A stretch of DNA of 58,265 nt, taken from a virus (taxonomy: Duplodnaviria; Caudoviricetes). Below are positions 45,387-53,437 of this stretch, one piece after another (position 1 is the first letter of the stretch; each line of letters starts with the position of its first letter). The translations under genes and the position numbers were made by a program. The stretch spans positions 1 through 58,265 of the IMG/VR virus record IMGVR_UViG_3300022179_000289; one strand, written 5' to 3'. Under the pieces are notes generated by a model that worked only from the letters and a program-made list of their open reading frames with translations, was not told the origin of the DNA and did no database searches.

Positions 45387-46606
45387 TAGACCATCTTACC
45401 CTTGGTTTTGCCTTTCTTGGCAATACCATCAGCCGACTTATGGCCACCGACGAGACCGCCTGAAGCGTAGCATTTGCCGCCACCGGCCTTCTTGACCATT
45501 GCACGACCTTTGGTGTCAGCAGATTTCTTGACCATTGCTGCGCCGAACTTGGGTGCCATTTTTCCACCTTTCTTGTAGCCCGGACCTTCCGAGCGGTTTG
45601 CACTTGCGATTACCTTAGCTTGCTCAGCGGTAGGCTTGAGCTTCTTAAGTTCAGCTAGATGCTTCTTACTGCGAGCACGGTCCGCAGCGGAAGGTTGTGG
45701 AGGGGTTGAACCACCTTTAGCATATTTCATAGTCTTTTCCTTTTTAACTTTGCCACCCTTGGCGTACATACCAGACGATACGGCATATTTATATCTGTCC
45801 TTAGCAAACTGAGTCGCACCGGGAGCTTCTGCTGCGACCTTAAGGCGCGACAATTTAGCCGCCTTGTCGTCAACGGGTTTCACCGCCGCCATGGTCTTTT
45901 GGGCTGTGCGGATGCGCGCTTCTTGACTATCAGCAGGACCAACGAGTTGCGTTTTACCGGCTGTGTTACGACGCATAGCAGCACGATTGGCTTCCCGACG
46001 AAGCTCCGCCTGTTTTGCGGCTGTTTGCCTACGAAACTCCGCCCGCTTGTCTATATCGGGTGTGCCTGCACTTTTATTTGTGCTCGCAGGCGACGTAGTT
46101 GCACCTTTATTTGTGCTCGAACCGCCCGACGTAGGTTTACGGCCTTCGCCTGCGATGTTTGTGGTGAAGCTCTTACCGTTAAAGGTGAAAGTCTTACCTG
46201 CACCTAGACGTGAACGTGCGTCCTTAAACGCAGCAGCAAAGCTCTGCGGCTTACCGATGGAGCTATCCATCTTAGGCGCAGTTAGCGCAGGCATGCTGTC
46301 CATGACTTTAGACGCTGGCGCTTCGGTGGTTACCGCCTTTGGCGCACCAAACTTGCGGGTCTTTGTCAGGTTGCTTTCTGCCGCAGCCTCGGCGGCGCGT
46401 GTAGCTGTACGGTCAGCGCCTGTGCGCTTGGCACGGTCATCTTCTGCATCAGCAATACGCTGGGCGCGCTTAGCTTCAAGCACTTCGAGTGCCCTACCGC
46501 TTTTGCCCGCTGAGTCCTTTGCGAAATCTTTTTTGATGTCCGCCATGCGACGGTCGTAACGACCTTGTGCGCCACCAGCAGAAAACTTACGCATTTTACG
46601 TGCCAT
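45386..46606 (-). CDS. Lys/Ala-rich putative internal head protein
   Basis: Several (F/Y)xxGG motifs, SFAAAFKDAR...TFTFNGK, C-terminal ADGIAKKGKTKG. Confidence 0.7.
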   Translation of the reverse strand: MARKMRKFSAGGAQGRYDRRMADIKKDFAKDSAGKSGRALEVLEAKRAQRIADAEDDRAKRTGADRTATRAAEAAAESNLTKTRKFGAPKAVTTEAPASKVMDSMPALTAPKMDSSIGKPQSFAAAFKDARSRLGAGKTFTFNGKSFTTNIAGEGRKPTSGGSSTNKGATTSPASTNKSAGTPDIDKRAEFRRQTAAKQAELRREANRAAMRRNTAGKTQLVGPADSQEARIRTAQKTMAAVKPVDDKAAKLSRLKVAAEAPGATQFAKDRYKYAVSSGMYAKGGKVKKEKTMKYAKGGSTPPQPSAADRARSKKHLAELKKLKPTAEQAKVIASANRSEGPGYKKGGKMAPKFGAAMVKKSADTKGRAMVKKAGGGKCYASGGLVGGHKSADGIAKKGKTKGKMV

Positions 46607-46608
46607 TG

Positions 46609-46851
46609 CTATGCCTTCCTCATCTCATCAACCTTGGCCTCAAGACGTTCAAACGCCTTATCAAACCGGTCTCCTAGCTTATCGACCAGTGTGGTCATCT
46701 CCGAACGAGTTACATGCTCACGAGCGATTTCTTCACGGGTTTTGTTGAGCAGGATGCCAAGACGGTCCAACTCGTCAATCTTGCCCTTAAACAAGAAGCC
46801 CATAACCGCCACCACTGCCGAAAGAAGAATGTTCCATACCATCATTTCCAT
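46609..46851 (-). CDS. membrane-anchored coiled-coil protein
   Basis: One N-terminal TM helix then coiled coil; start MEMMVW. Confidence 0.7.
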   Translation of the reverse strand: MEMMVWNILLSAVVAVMGFLFKGKIDELDRLGILLNKTREEIAREHVTRSEMTTLVDKLGDRFDKAFERLEAKVDEMRKA

Positions 46852-46852
46852 G

Positions 46853-47107
46853 TCAGCACTTCCAAGCTCTGAGGCTTTTGTTGATGCGGCTATTGGGGTC
46901 ATTCGCGGTCTTCTTACTCGTAAGTTTCTTCTTCATCCCTGACATGCGCGCACAGAATGACTTCTTGCGCGGACCACCTTCAGGCTGCGGAGCCTTGAGA
47001 CCGGGCTTACCCGGATTGGCTTTGTTATAGGACGCACGACCCTTGGCGTTCAGCCCGCCAGACTTCGCTTTACCTTCTTTACGTGTCCAAGCGGGTGTCT
47101 TAGCCAT
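46853..47107 (-). CDS. small basic conserved phage protein (DUF6321-like)
   Basis: GGLNAKGRA, RKKSFCARM, SLRAWKC. Confidence 0.75.
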   Translation of the reverse strand: MAKTPAWTRKEGKAKSGGLNAKGRASYNKANPGKPGLKAPQPEGGPRKKSFCARMSGMKKKLTSKKTANDPNSRINKSLRAWKC

Positions 47108-47541
47108 TAGCAGACCTTCCCACGAGTTTTGCCTTTACGGGCAATACCATCGCCACGGCGAGAAGCGGAGACAGAACCGCCCTTACGAAGTTTTATCTTG
47201 CGGTCAACCGGGTACAGTTTAGTCCGATCTTTATCCGACTTAGATGTTGTTTCCTTAGCCTCTCGATAGCGGCTTTCGCGCCGTGAAGTGTCTTCTGCTG
47301 CTACTTCCTTCGCACGTTGCAATGGTGTAAAAAGCCCACCCATGATACGACTTGACAGTGGGCGTTTGCGCTCGCTTTCCGCCTCTTTAAGCTCAGCTTT
47401 CTCCCGCGCACGGACGCGAGCCTTTTCAGCCGCTGTCATCTGGTCCCAGCGAGCAAGCCTAGTTTCATCATCCCCTAAAGTATCTTTGTTAGACAAGCCG
47501 GGGCTAGCGCCAAGTATTTTGCTTCCTTTGCGTACGGGCAT
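47107..47541 (-). CDS. basic protein with GDGIARKGKTRG tail
   Basis: 144-aa ORF, TAATG coupled. Confidence 0.7.
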   Translation of the reverse strand: MPVRKGSKILGASPGLSNKDTLGDDETRLARWDQMTAAEKARVRAREKAELKEAESERKRPLSSRIMGGLFTPLQRAKEVAAEDTSRRESRYREAKETTSKSDKDRTKLYPVDRKIKLRKGGSVSASRRGDGIARKGKTRGKVC

Positions 47542-47840
47542 TATACAAACCTTCCCTTAGTCTTGCCCTTAGTAGCGCAGCCGTCAGCGCGCTTAGAAGC
47601 AGTTGAGCCACCTTTTTTGAAGCGTACAGTACCTTGGACTCCAACCCCCTTTGGTGGAGATGTGCCAGTAAGCCTACTTAGGTCAGATGAAGGTTGCCGC
47701 ATTATAGTAGGACGTAGTTGTAAACCACCACCTGCGCCACGACCGCTTCCAGATAAAAGGTTATAGTTTAGGCTTTGGAGGGGCACAGAACCACTCGAAG
47801 CACCGCCGCCTCGGTTAAACCGTTTCGTCTTCTTAGCCAT
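47541..47840 (-). CDS. basic protein with ADGCATKGKTKG tail
   Basis: 99-aa ORF, TAATG coupled. Confidence 0.7.
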   Translation of the reverse strand: MAKKTKRFNRGGGASSGSVPLQSLNYNLLSGSGRGAGGGLQLRPTIMRQPSSDLSRLTGTSPPKGVGVQGTVRFKKGGSTASKRADGCATKGKTKGRFV

Positions 47841-48247
47841 TACACAAACCTCCCCTTGGTTTTACCCTTGGTAGCGCAGCCATCGGCGCGCTTGGAGGCA
47901 GTTGAACCACCCTTAGCCATCTTGGTCAGCGGTTGACCTTTATGTTTGGCGCGCTCATGCTTATGCACGGCTTGAACGGCGCTAACCTTACCACCTTTGC
48001 GCATCATTGCACCGGCAGGAGCTTCTTCAGCTACCATGATGTCTTCTACCATTGGACGTGCGCGCATACCTGCTGCTGGACGTGCTGCTTTACGTGCTGC
48101 TTTATCCCGCTGGCTCTTAGCGAGGTAAGAGGCGGGAATAAGGAAACCTGCACCGGAGTCTGCTAATTTAGCCAACCCTTTACCGAACAAACCCTTACCG
48201 CTTATCGCTCCTGCGAGCGGCGAAATATCACCTAGCTTGATACCCAT
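47840..48247 (-). CDS. basic protein with ADGCATKGKTKG tail
   Basis: Start MGIKL at 48247 (TAATG overlap). Confidence 0.7.
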   Translation of the reverse strand: MGIKLGDISPLAGAISGKGLFGKGLAKLADSGAGFLIPASYLAKSQRDKAARKAARPAAGMRARPMVEDIMVAEEAPAGAMMRKGGKVSAVQAVHKHERAKHKGQPLTKMAKGGSTASKRADGCATKGKTKGRFV

Positions 48248-48984
48248 TATGCTGCTTCCTTCTGTGTGGGGGCGAGCATCGGATAAAGAACGTCGGTGCC
48301 GAAGCAGCCTTCGTACTCTTGTACGCCCATGTGTCCGAGTTGAATGCTGGGGTCGATCCAAACCTCAAAACCGATTTCGCGAGCACGGTCGCAGAACAAG
48401 AAGTCCTCGCCCATGTAGCCCTCTTCGGTGAGTTTGAAATCAAATAGGCAGGGGATCATGCGATCTGAGCGCTGATCCTTGTAGACCCACTCGGGGTTAG
48501 CAGCAGCCATCTGCTCGAATACTTCGCGGCGAACCAGCATGAAAGCGGTCGCAACGCGCTTACCACGTACCAGACCCATACCATTCATGGTCAGTTCGTG
48601 GTTCTCGTCGTAGTCAAGGTCAGCGATGTAGACCTTGTTTTCGCTACGTGTGCGTGGAACACCTGCGACGATCCCCTTCTTCGGATCGCTACCCCAAGCC
48701 ATAAGGCGGAAGATGTGTTCCGGCTCAAAGTTGATGTCGCTGTCGATGAAGAGCAAATAATCGCAGGTGGATTCCAGCATGTCTTGAACAAGCAGGTTAC
48801 GAGCGCGAGAGACGACAGAGCATCCGCAGATGCTGCCAATCTGTATCGTAATGCCGTGCTGGCCAGCCACCTGAGTGAACCGAGCCAACGAAACCGCCAG
48901 CTTCAAGGAGACCTTGAAGTCATAGGCGGGCAGAGCAATGAAGATGCTCTTACCGGCTAAATCGTAACCTTTTTGTGCTTGCAT
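48247..48984 (-). CDS. GT-A fold glycosyltransferase-like protein (late paralogue)
   Basis: IALPAY, SVVSRARN, YLLFIDSDI, TAFMLVRR, GEDFLFC, LGHMG. Confidence 0.75.
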   Translation of the reverse strand: MQAQKGYDLAGKSIFIALPAYDFKVSLKLAVSLARFTQVAGQHGITIQIGSICGCSVVSRARNLLVQDMLESTCDYLLFIDSDINFEPEHIFRLMAWGSDPKKGIVAGVPRTRSENKVYIADLDYDENHELTMNGMGLVRGKRVATAFMLVRREVFEQMAAANPEWVYKDQRSDRMIPCLFDFKLTEEGYMGEDFLFCDRAREIGFEVWIDPSIQLGHMGVQEYEGCFGTDVLYPMLAPTQKEAA

Positions 48985-48987
48985 ATA

Positions 48988-49296
48988 TCACCCATAGAAA
49001 ATGACGGTTGACGCCGTGTTAGTCACTGTAGCGTACAAACCGTTTTCTGCAAGGATACCTTGATCCGGTATAAGGACGTAGACCGCATCAGCGTTTGCCG
49101 CAGCAGGCGTGTTCAACGTCAACAATGTGCTGCCACCGTTGCCATCTGTAATGACGACCGAACCCGCACTTACACCGTTTGTGTAATAGATACCCTTGAT
49201 GCGGGTGCGGAAAGCCATGTCATCGTTGGCTTGGGTCTTGAACACACCAGTCGCCGTAAGCGGTTTGGTGGATTTGACGTCAGTTTGCATTGCCAT
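48988..49296 (-). CDS. small virion structural protein
   Basis: Beta-rich 102 aa in the head module. Confidence 0.65.
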   Translation of the reverse strand: MAMQTDVKSTKPLTATGVFKTQANDDMAFRTRIKGIYYTNGVSAGSVVITDGNGGSTLLTLNTPAAANADAVYVLIPDQGILAENGLYATVTNTASTVIFYG

Positions 49297-49324
49297 CGGA
49301 TTTCTCCTTCTTAGAGGTTACCGA

Positions 49325-49714
49325 TCAGGCGTTAGCAGTAAAGATCGTCGTCAGCCAAATTGCGTCCGTGAGCGCAATGCACTGAAGCCAAGTCGAACCT
49401 TCCATGGTCACCGAAGCCGCACCGTTGATGGTGTCGCTGGTGTTCGCATAGACGATAAGGCCGTTGGTCTCAGCCAAGTTGTAAACCGTGATGGTCGTGC
49501 CAGCGACAGCCGTCGGAAGCTTCACGCCATTGGTACCCGAAGCGCTGCCAACGCCGTTGACACCGTTCGAAAGAGCAGCGGCGGTTGCGAGGTTAGTACC
49601 TGCAGCAGTAACAGCAGCAACCGGCTGAACAACGGTGCCCGTAACGGTGCCAGTGAAGTCACCGATGAAGCCGTTCTGCGAGACAACCGGACCTGAAAAA
49701 GTTGTAGTACCCAT
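49325..49714 (-). CDS. putative capsid decoration/head fibre protein
   Basis: MGTTTFSGPV start, VKLPTAVAG; first gene after the capsid gene. Confidence 0.65.
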   Translation of the reverse strand: MGTTTFSGPVVSQNGFIGDFTGTVTGTVVQPVAAVTAAGTNLATAAALSNGVNGVGSASGTNGVKLPTAVAGTTITVYNLAETNGLIVYANTSDTINGAASVTMEGSTWLQCIALTDAIWLTTIFTANA

Positions 49715-49721
49715 GATAATA

Positions 49722-49797
49722 TCTCCGTGTAGTAGCACTTGTACGTACCGTCTCTACTATGTCTGCTAGGGCAGTCGGTACGAATTAATCACCTAGA
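49722..49797 (-). ncRNA. structured cis-regulatory RNA with two potential pseudoknots
   Basis: CGTACCG/CGGTACG stem, inner CTGC/GCAG, plus CTAGG/CCTAG and TAGTAG/CTACTA pairings ending beside the RBS. Confidence 0.7.
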
Positions 49798-49815
49798 TGC
49801 GTAGGTATATCACCT

Positions 49816-49852
49816 AAAAGAAAAGAGGGGAAGTAGTTTCCCACTCCCCCTC
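49816..49852 (-). terminator. intrinsic terminator after the major capsid gene
   Basis: GAGGGGGAGTGG-GAAA-CTACTTCCCCTC then TTTTCTTTT. Confidence 0.9.
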
Positions 49853-49863
49853 CCCCTGTTTCC

Positions 49864-50775
49864 TTAGGCAGCGCCTTCGGAACCGTACATGCCGAGTGGA
49901 TCGGACCAGCCGAAGCTGTAACGCTCGCGAGCCTTGTAACGGACGTTGCCCGTATCAAAGTCACCGTCCATGCTGTTTTGCATAGGCGTACGAACGAAGT
50001 GCTTCAGGCCATTTGGCACGTCGGTGGTCAAGAACCACGCATCCGTGTCGGTCAAGAAGTGGTTAACGGTGTAACCTTCTGGGATCGAGCCATTCGACTT
50101 AAGCGCGTTGATATCGTTGTCAGCCGTCGAAACGCGAAGTTCGGTTTCGAGGAGGCGTGTTGCAACGAACATCAGGCTTGGCGGAACTACCAGCTTACGC
50201 GGTTTAGCCGCGATGAGCAGGCCACGTTCATCCGTCCACGCAGCAATCTGAATTACAGCCGCTTCAAGCGACGTTTCATTCAAATCAGCAGCAGTGGTTG
50301 GGATGTTCGAGTTGGTGCCACCAGAGACGAGCGGGTGAGCGTTCGAGAACAATGGTTGACCATCGCCACCGGCATAGTCGGTGTCGAAGCCATTGTTCAG
50401 GATTGCAGCAGCTTTAGTCTGCTTGGTGTACGCCATGGCCCGAGCCAGAGCCTTTGTGTAACGCGAGGACAACGAGTCGTACAAGTTATCTTCAATCGCT
50501 TCTTCCGTTAGCGAGAACCCGAGGGCAATCGTTTCGTGGTTGTAGCGAGCAGTGAAGACTTCCTGCGCGTTGTCATAGGCGATAGCAGAACCTTCGTTCT
50601 TGACCGGAGCAGCGGAGAAACCCGACAGCTTCGTTTCTTCTTCGAACGAACGCTCAGAGCTTTCGGTTTCGAAAATCTCTTTGTGCTCTTCGCCGTAGCG
50701 TGCGTATTCCAGACCAAACAAAGCGTTCAGACCGGGCAATAGCTCCTTAAGGAGTTGTGCGCGTGAAATTGCCAT
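49864..50775 (-). CDS. major capsid protein (Mu gpT-like family)
   Basis: 303 aa after scaffold genes; EEAIEDNLY, DGQPLFS..HP, LVVPP.L, YKARERYSFG; followed by a terminator. Confidence 0.9.
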   Translation of the reverse strand: MAISRAQLLKELLPGLNALFGLEYARYGEEHKEIFETESSERSFEEETKLSGFSAAPVKNEGSAIAYDNAQEVFTARYNHETIALGFSLTEEAIEDNLYDSLSSRYTKALARAMAYTKQTKAAAILNNGFDTDYAGGDGQPLFSNAHPLVSGGTNSNIPTTAADLNETSLEAAVIQIAAWTDERGLLIAAKPRKLVVPPSLMFVATRLLETELRVSTADNDINALKSNGSIPEGYTVNHFLTDTDAWFLTTDVPNGLKHFVRTPMQNSMDGDFDTGNVRYKARERYSFGWSDPLGMYGSEGAA

Positions 50776-50787
50776 TAGTCAGTCTCC

Positions 50788-51390
50788 TTACACGCCAGTG
50801 GGGTTGAGGTACTGGTGCATGCCTTGATTCCACTTGACGATAACTTCGGTGTAAGAACCGGGGTTACCTGCCAATGCAGTTTCAGGAACAACATCAATAA
50901 CGCGAATCGGCCACGTGGAAGTGGTGTTAGTCGCGGAAGTGATTGCCACCTGCGAGTTGCCAGTGATGGTCGAACCTGTGTTCTGAGCCAGAACAGCGTT
51001 GTTACCGACCGAAGTGCGGTTCACGTAGCTGATCGTGGTGTTCTGACCACTAACGACCGCTACTTTGAACAGAGCATCTGGATCGTCTTGCACGTATGCC
51101 ATGACGTCAGTGATGTTCGTCGTACCGGGGTAGTACTGACGGAAGGTTTTCCCGAACACCGGATCGGTGTACGAGCAACCAAGGAACACGCCGACTGGCG
51201 TGGCGGCAGTTGTGCCGGTGTCCTTTGCCAAAGTACCCGTGTCGGCCAGCTTTACGACGTCACCATAAAAAATGGCAGTCGAAGAGTTGGTCGCAATAGG
51301 AATTTGACGCGTAGCACCTGCAAAAACCTGCCCACCGATCAAATTGATCGGGATCAGCCCGTAGGGGGCTGAAACAGAAGGATATGCCAT
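50788..51390 (-). CDS. capsid auxiliary/cement protein
   Basis: APYGL.P, IFYGD.V, GVFLGC.Y, DDPD..F; directly upstream of the capsid gene. Confidence 0.7.
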   Translation of the reverse strand: MAYPSVSAPYGLIPINLIGGQVFAGATRQIPIATNSSTAIFYGDVVKLADTGTLAKDTGTTAATPVGVFLGCSYTDPVFGKTFRQYYPGTTNITDVMAYVQDDPDALFKVAVVSGQNTTISYVNRTSVGNNAVLAQNTGSTITGNSQVAITSATNTTSTWPIRVIDVVPETALAGNPGSYTEVIVKWNQGMHQYLNPTGV

Positions 51391-51407
51391 GTTTCTAAGC
51401 TCCTAGC

Positions 51408-51857
51408 TTATTTGCCTCTACCAAATGACGTCGATGACTTCTTCTCGCGGAAGAGAGGCATACGAGCGTCGTTCTCTCTCATGAAGTTGTTGTCCACAGA
51501 CTCGATCTGAGCACGGTTTTTGTCGGCGTAATAACGCTTCCGTTGGACCATAAACTCAGTCGGGATTTTGCAAAGCAACAACCCGCCCATTTCAATGCTG
51601 TCTTTAAAGCGGCTGTTAGAATCGGCTAGAAAGGCGAGCTTGGGCTGCTCTTCAATCCGTACCGGTTCCCACCCCTCACGGAGCTTGGCTGAGACGTTTT
51701 TGGCGTCTGACTGCTCCATCGTTGAAGTGCGAATCCACTTATATGAGTACCCGGGTTGCTTTTCAGGCTCAGGAAGCCCTGCTGCTGGTGCCCACGACTC
51801 AGGTCGCTTCGCGCTTGTACGATCTTCGTGCTCACGTGCTATTCTAGTTTCTGCCAT
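51408..51857 (-). CDS. conserved head-module protein
   Basis: YKWIR, REGWEPV, GGLLLCKIP; start MAETR. Confidence 0.75.
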   Translation of the reverse strand: MAETRIAREHEDRTSAKRPESWAPAAGLPEPEKQPGYSYKWIRTSTMEQSDAKNVSAKLREGWEPVRIEEQPKLAFLADSNSRFKDSIEMGGLLLCKIPTEFMVQRKRYYADKNRAQIESVDNNFMRENDARMPLFREKKSSTSFGRGK

Positions 51858-51858
51858 T

Positions 51859-52809
51859 TTAACGCTCCATCTTCGCAAATTCACGAGCATATTGCTCGGG
51901 GGTTAAGCCCAGTTTCTTAGCTATCGCTAGCTGAGACTGTTTAAGTACAATCTTTTTGGAGGACGTACTTCGGGAAGCTGGTGCGACTACATTGGCAGCC
52001 TTCGATTGCCGTGAAGCCTTCGCAGTGCCTTCGGTCGCTTTATCTTCCCCAAAATATTCAGGGAAGCGACGGCGCATCGTTGTGTCGATAGCGCTCCAAT
52101 ATTCGTCGGTGCCCACAAACTGCGGACCACGTTCTTTCTCAAGCTTCTGGTGAAGCCCAAGTGCCGATGCAGTCATCTCCGGATCAGTACCCCACCACAT
52201 ATTGCGCTCTTGCCACGCAACTGTTTTCTGGTCTGGTCGCGGGATTTGCACCTGCGGTTGAGTAAGTTGTACATCTTCCTCTACGTCTTGTAAAGTAGGT
52301 CTATACCCAGCAAGCTGCTGAAGCTTATATTGGGCTTCGCTGAGCTTCTGTTGTGCGTCTAAAACGCGGTCAGTATCACCGGCTTCGTAAGCATCCTTGT
52401 ACTCACGTTTGGCCTGTGCAAGCTCATATTCAGCGGTTTGTTTGAAGCTACCAACCAGCGTCTGCTCACCTTCGGAAAGGGTGGCCTTCAGCTTGCGATT
52501 CTCTTCGAGAAGCCGCTGGGCTGCACTGAGTGCTTCGCTTTGTTCGCGCATGACACGCTCTTTTTCACGGCGTTCATCGTGCCAGACCTTCTTCATCTGC
52601 TTAAGGCGGATTTTGACCTTCTCGGAGTATTCTTCGAGTTCGTCAGCCTCAAGCTCAGCTACCACTTCAGCAGGCATAGGCTCGCGCCCACGATCTGCCT
52701 CGGGAGTATCATCTTCTACGTCGATCTCGGGCTGGTTGCCCTCATCGGAAACAGGGGTATCTTCTTCAACTTCCCACTGGAAGTCGTCATCATTTGGCTC
52801 TGCTGCCAT
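51859..52809 (-). CDS. scaffolding protein
   Basis: Acidic N-terminus, long coiled coil, C-terminal IAKKLGLTPEQYA helix-turn-helix. Confidence 0.75.
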   Translation of the reverse strand: MAAEPNDDDFQWEVEEDTPVSDEGNQPEIDVEDDTPEADRGREPMPAEVVAELEADELEEYSEKVKIRLKQMKKVWHDERREKERVMREQSEALSAAQRLLEENRKLKATLSEGEQTLVGSFKQTAEYELAQAKREYKDAYEAGDTDRVLDAQQKLSEAQYKLQQLAGYRPTLQDVEEDVQLTQPQVQIPRPDQKTVAWQERNMWWGTDPEMTASALGLHQKLEKERGPQFVGTDEYWSAIDTTMRRRFPEYFGEDKATEGTAKASRQSKAANVVAPASRSTSSKKIVLKQSQLAIAKKLGLTPEQYAREFAKMER

Positions 52810-52839
52810 ATTACTTCTCCTTTGTACGGTTACCCGTTT

Positions 52840-53253
52840 TTACCCGCGAGAAATCCCGCGAGGGTCTTCCACGACGCCTTCAACCGCATCATCATTGATA
52901 ATACGGAATTGACGGCCATGAATTACGATGCGCGTGCCCGCATGCGGACGCACGAGAATGAAGTCACCTTCCTTGCACCAAGGGCCGCTTGGGAAGCGTT
53001 TCTCGTCAGCATAGCAGTCTGGGCCGAGCTTTGCGGCATAGAGCACTGTGGCGAGCAGTTCTTCGTGGTGTATGGTGACTTCGGCCTTGATGATGCCGCC
53101 CTCAGTGGTCTTCTCGATCTCAGGGATAGCACACAGAATGCGATACCCAGAAGGCTCAGGAAGCTGCTTAGCGCGGTCTTCAAACGCAAGCTCGGGGGCC
53201 GCACCCACCTTAGGGATGGGCTTACCGGAGAGATCAATGAGGTCAGTCATCAT
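52840..53253 (-). CDS. groES: GroES/Cpn10-like co-chaperonin
   Basis: P.GYRIL, KTTEGGII mobile loop, KEGDFIL, RIINDDAVEGVV. Confidence 0.85.
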   Translation of the reverse strand: MMTDLIDLSGKPIPKVGAAPELAFEDRAKQLPEPSGYRILCAIPEIEKTTEGGIIKAEVTIHHEELLATVLYAAKLGPDCYADEKRFPSGPWCKEGDFILVRPHAGTRIVIHGRQFRIINDDAVEGVVEDPRGISRG

Positions 53254-53437
53254 CGTTCTCCAGACGCTGTGCCATATTCGCAAGGACGCTGGTTGCCATC
53301 ATTAACCCACGGATAATACCGCAGGCATATTTGTAGTCGCCGTGATCCTTAGCACCGCCACGAGCGAGGTCGTCGCTCATAACTGTGATCTCTTCTTGGA
53401 TTTCATCGGCGATGTGTTTTAAGACATCATTCCTCAT
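53243..53437 (-). CDS. small hypothetical protein
   Basis: 64 aa after the portal; YKYACGIIRGL. Confidence 0.75.
   Translation of the reverse strand: MRNDVLKHIADEIQEEITVMSDDLARGGAKDHGDYKYACGIIRGLMMATSVLANMAQRLENDDD

Noticed and set aside
47541-47915. Near-duplicate 3' gene ends as a diversity-generating retroelement TR/VR pair
   Set aside because: Differences are synonymous rather than adenine-specific, and no reverse transcriptase is present.
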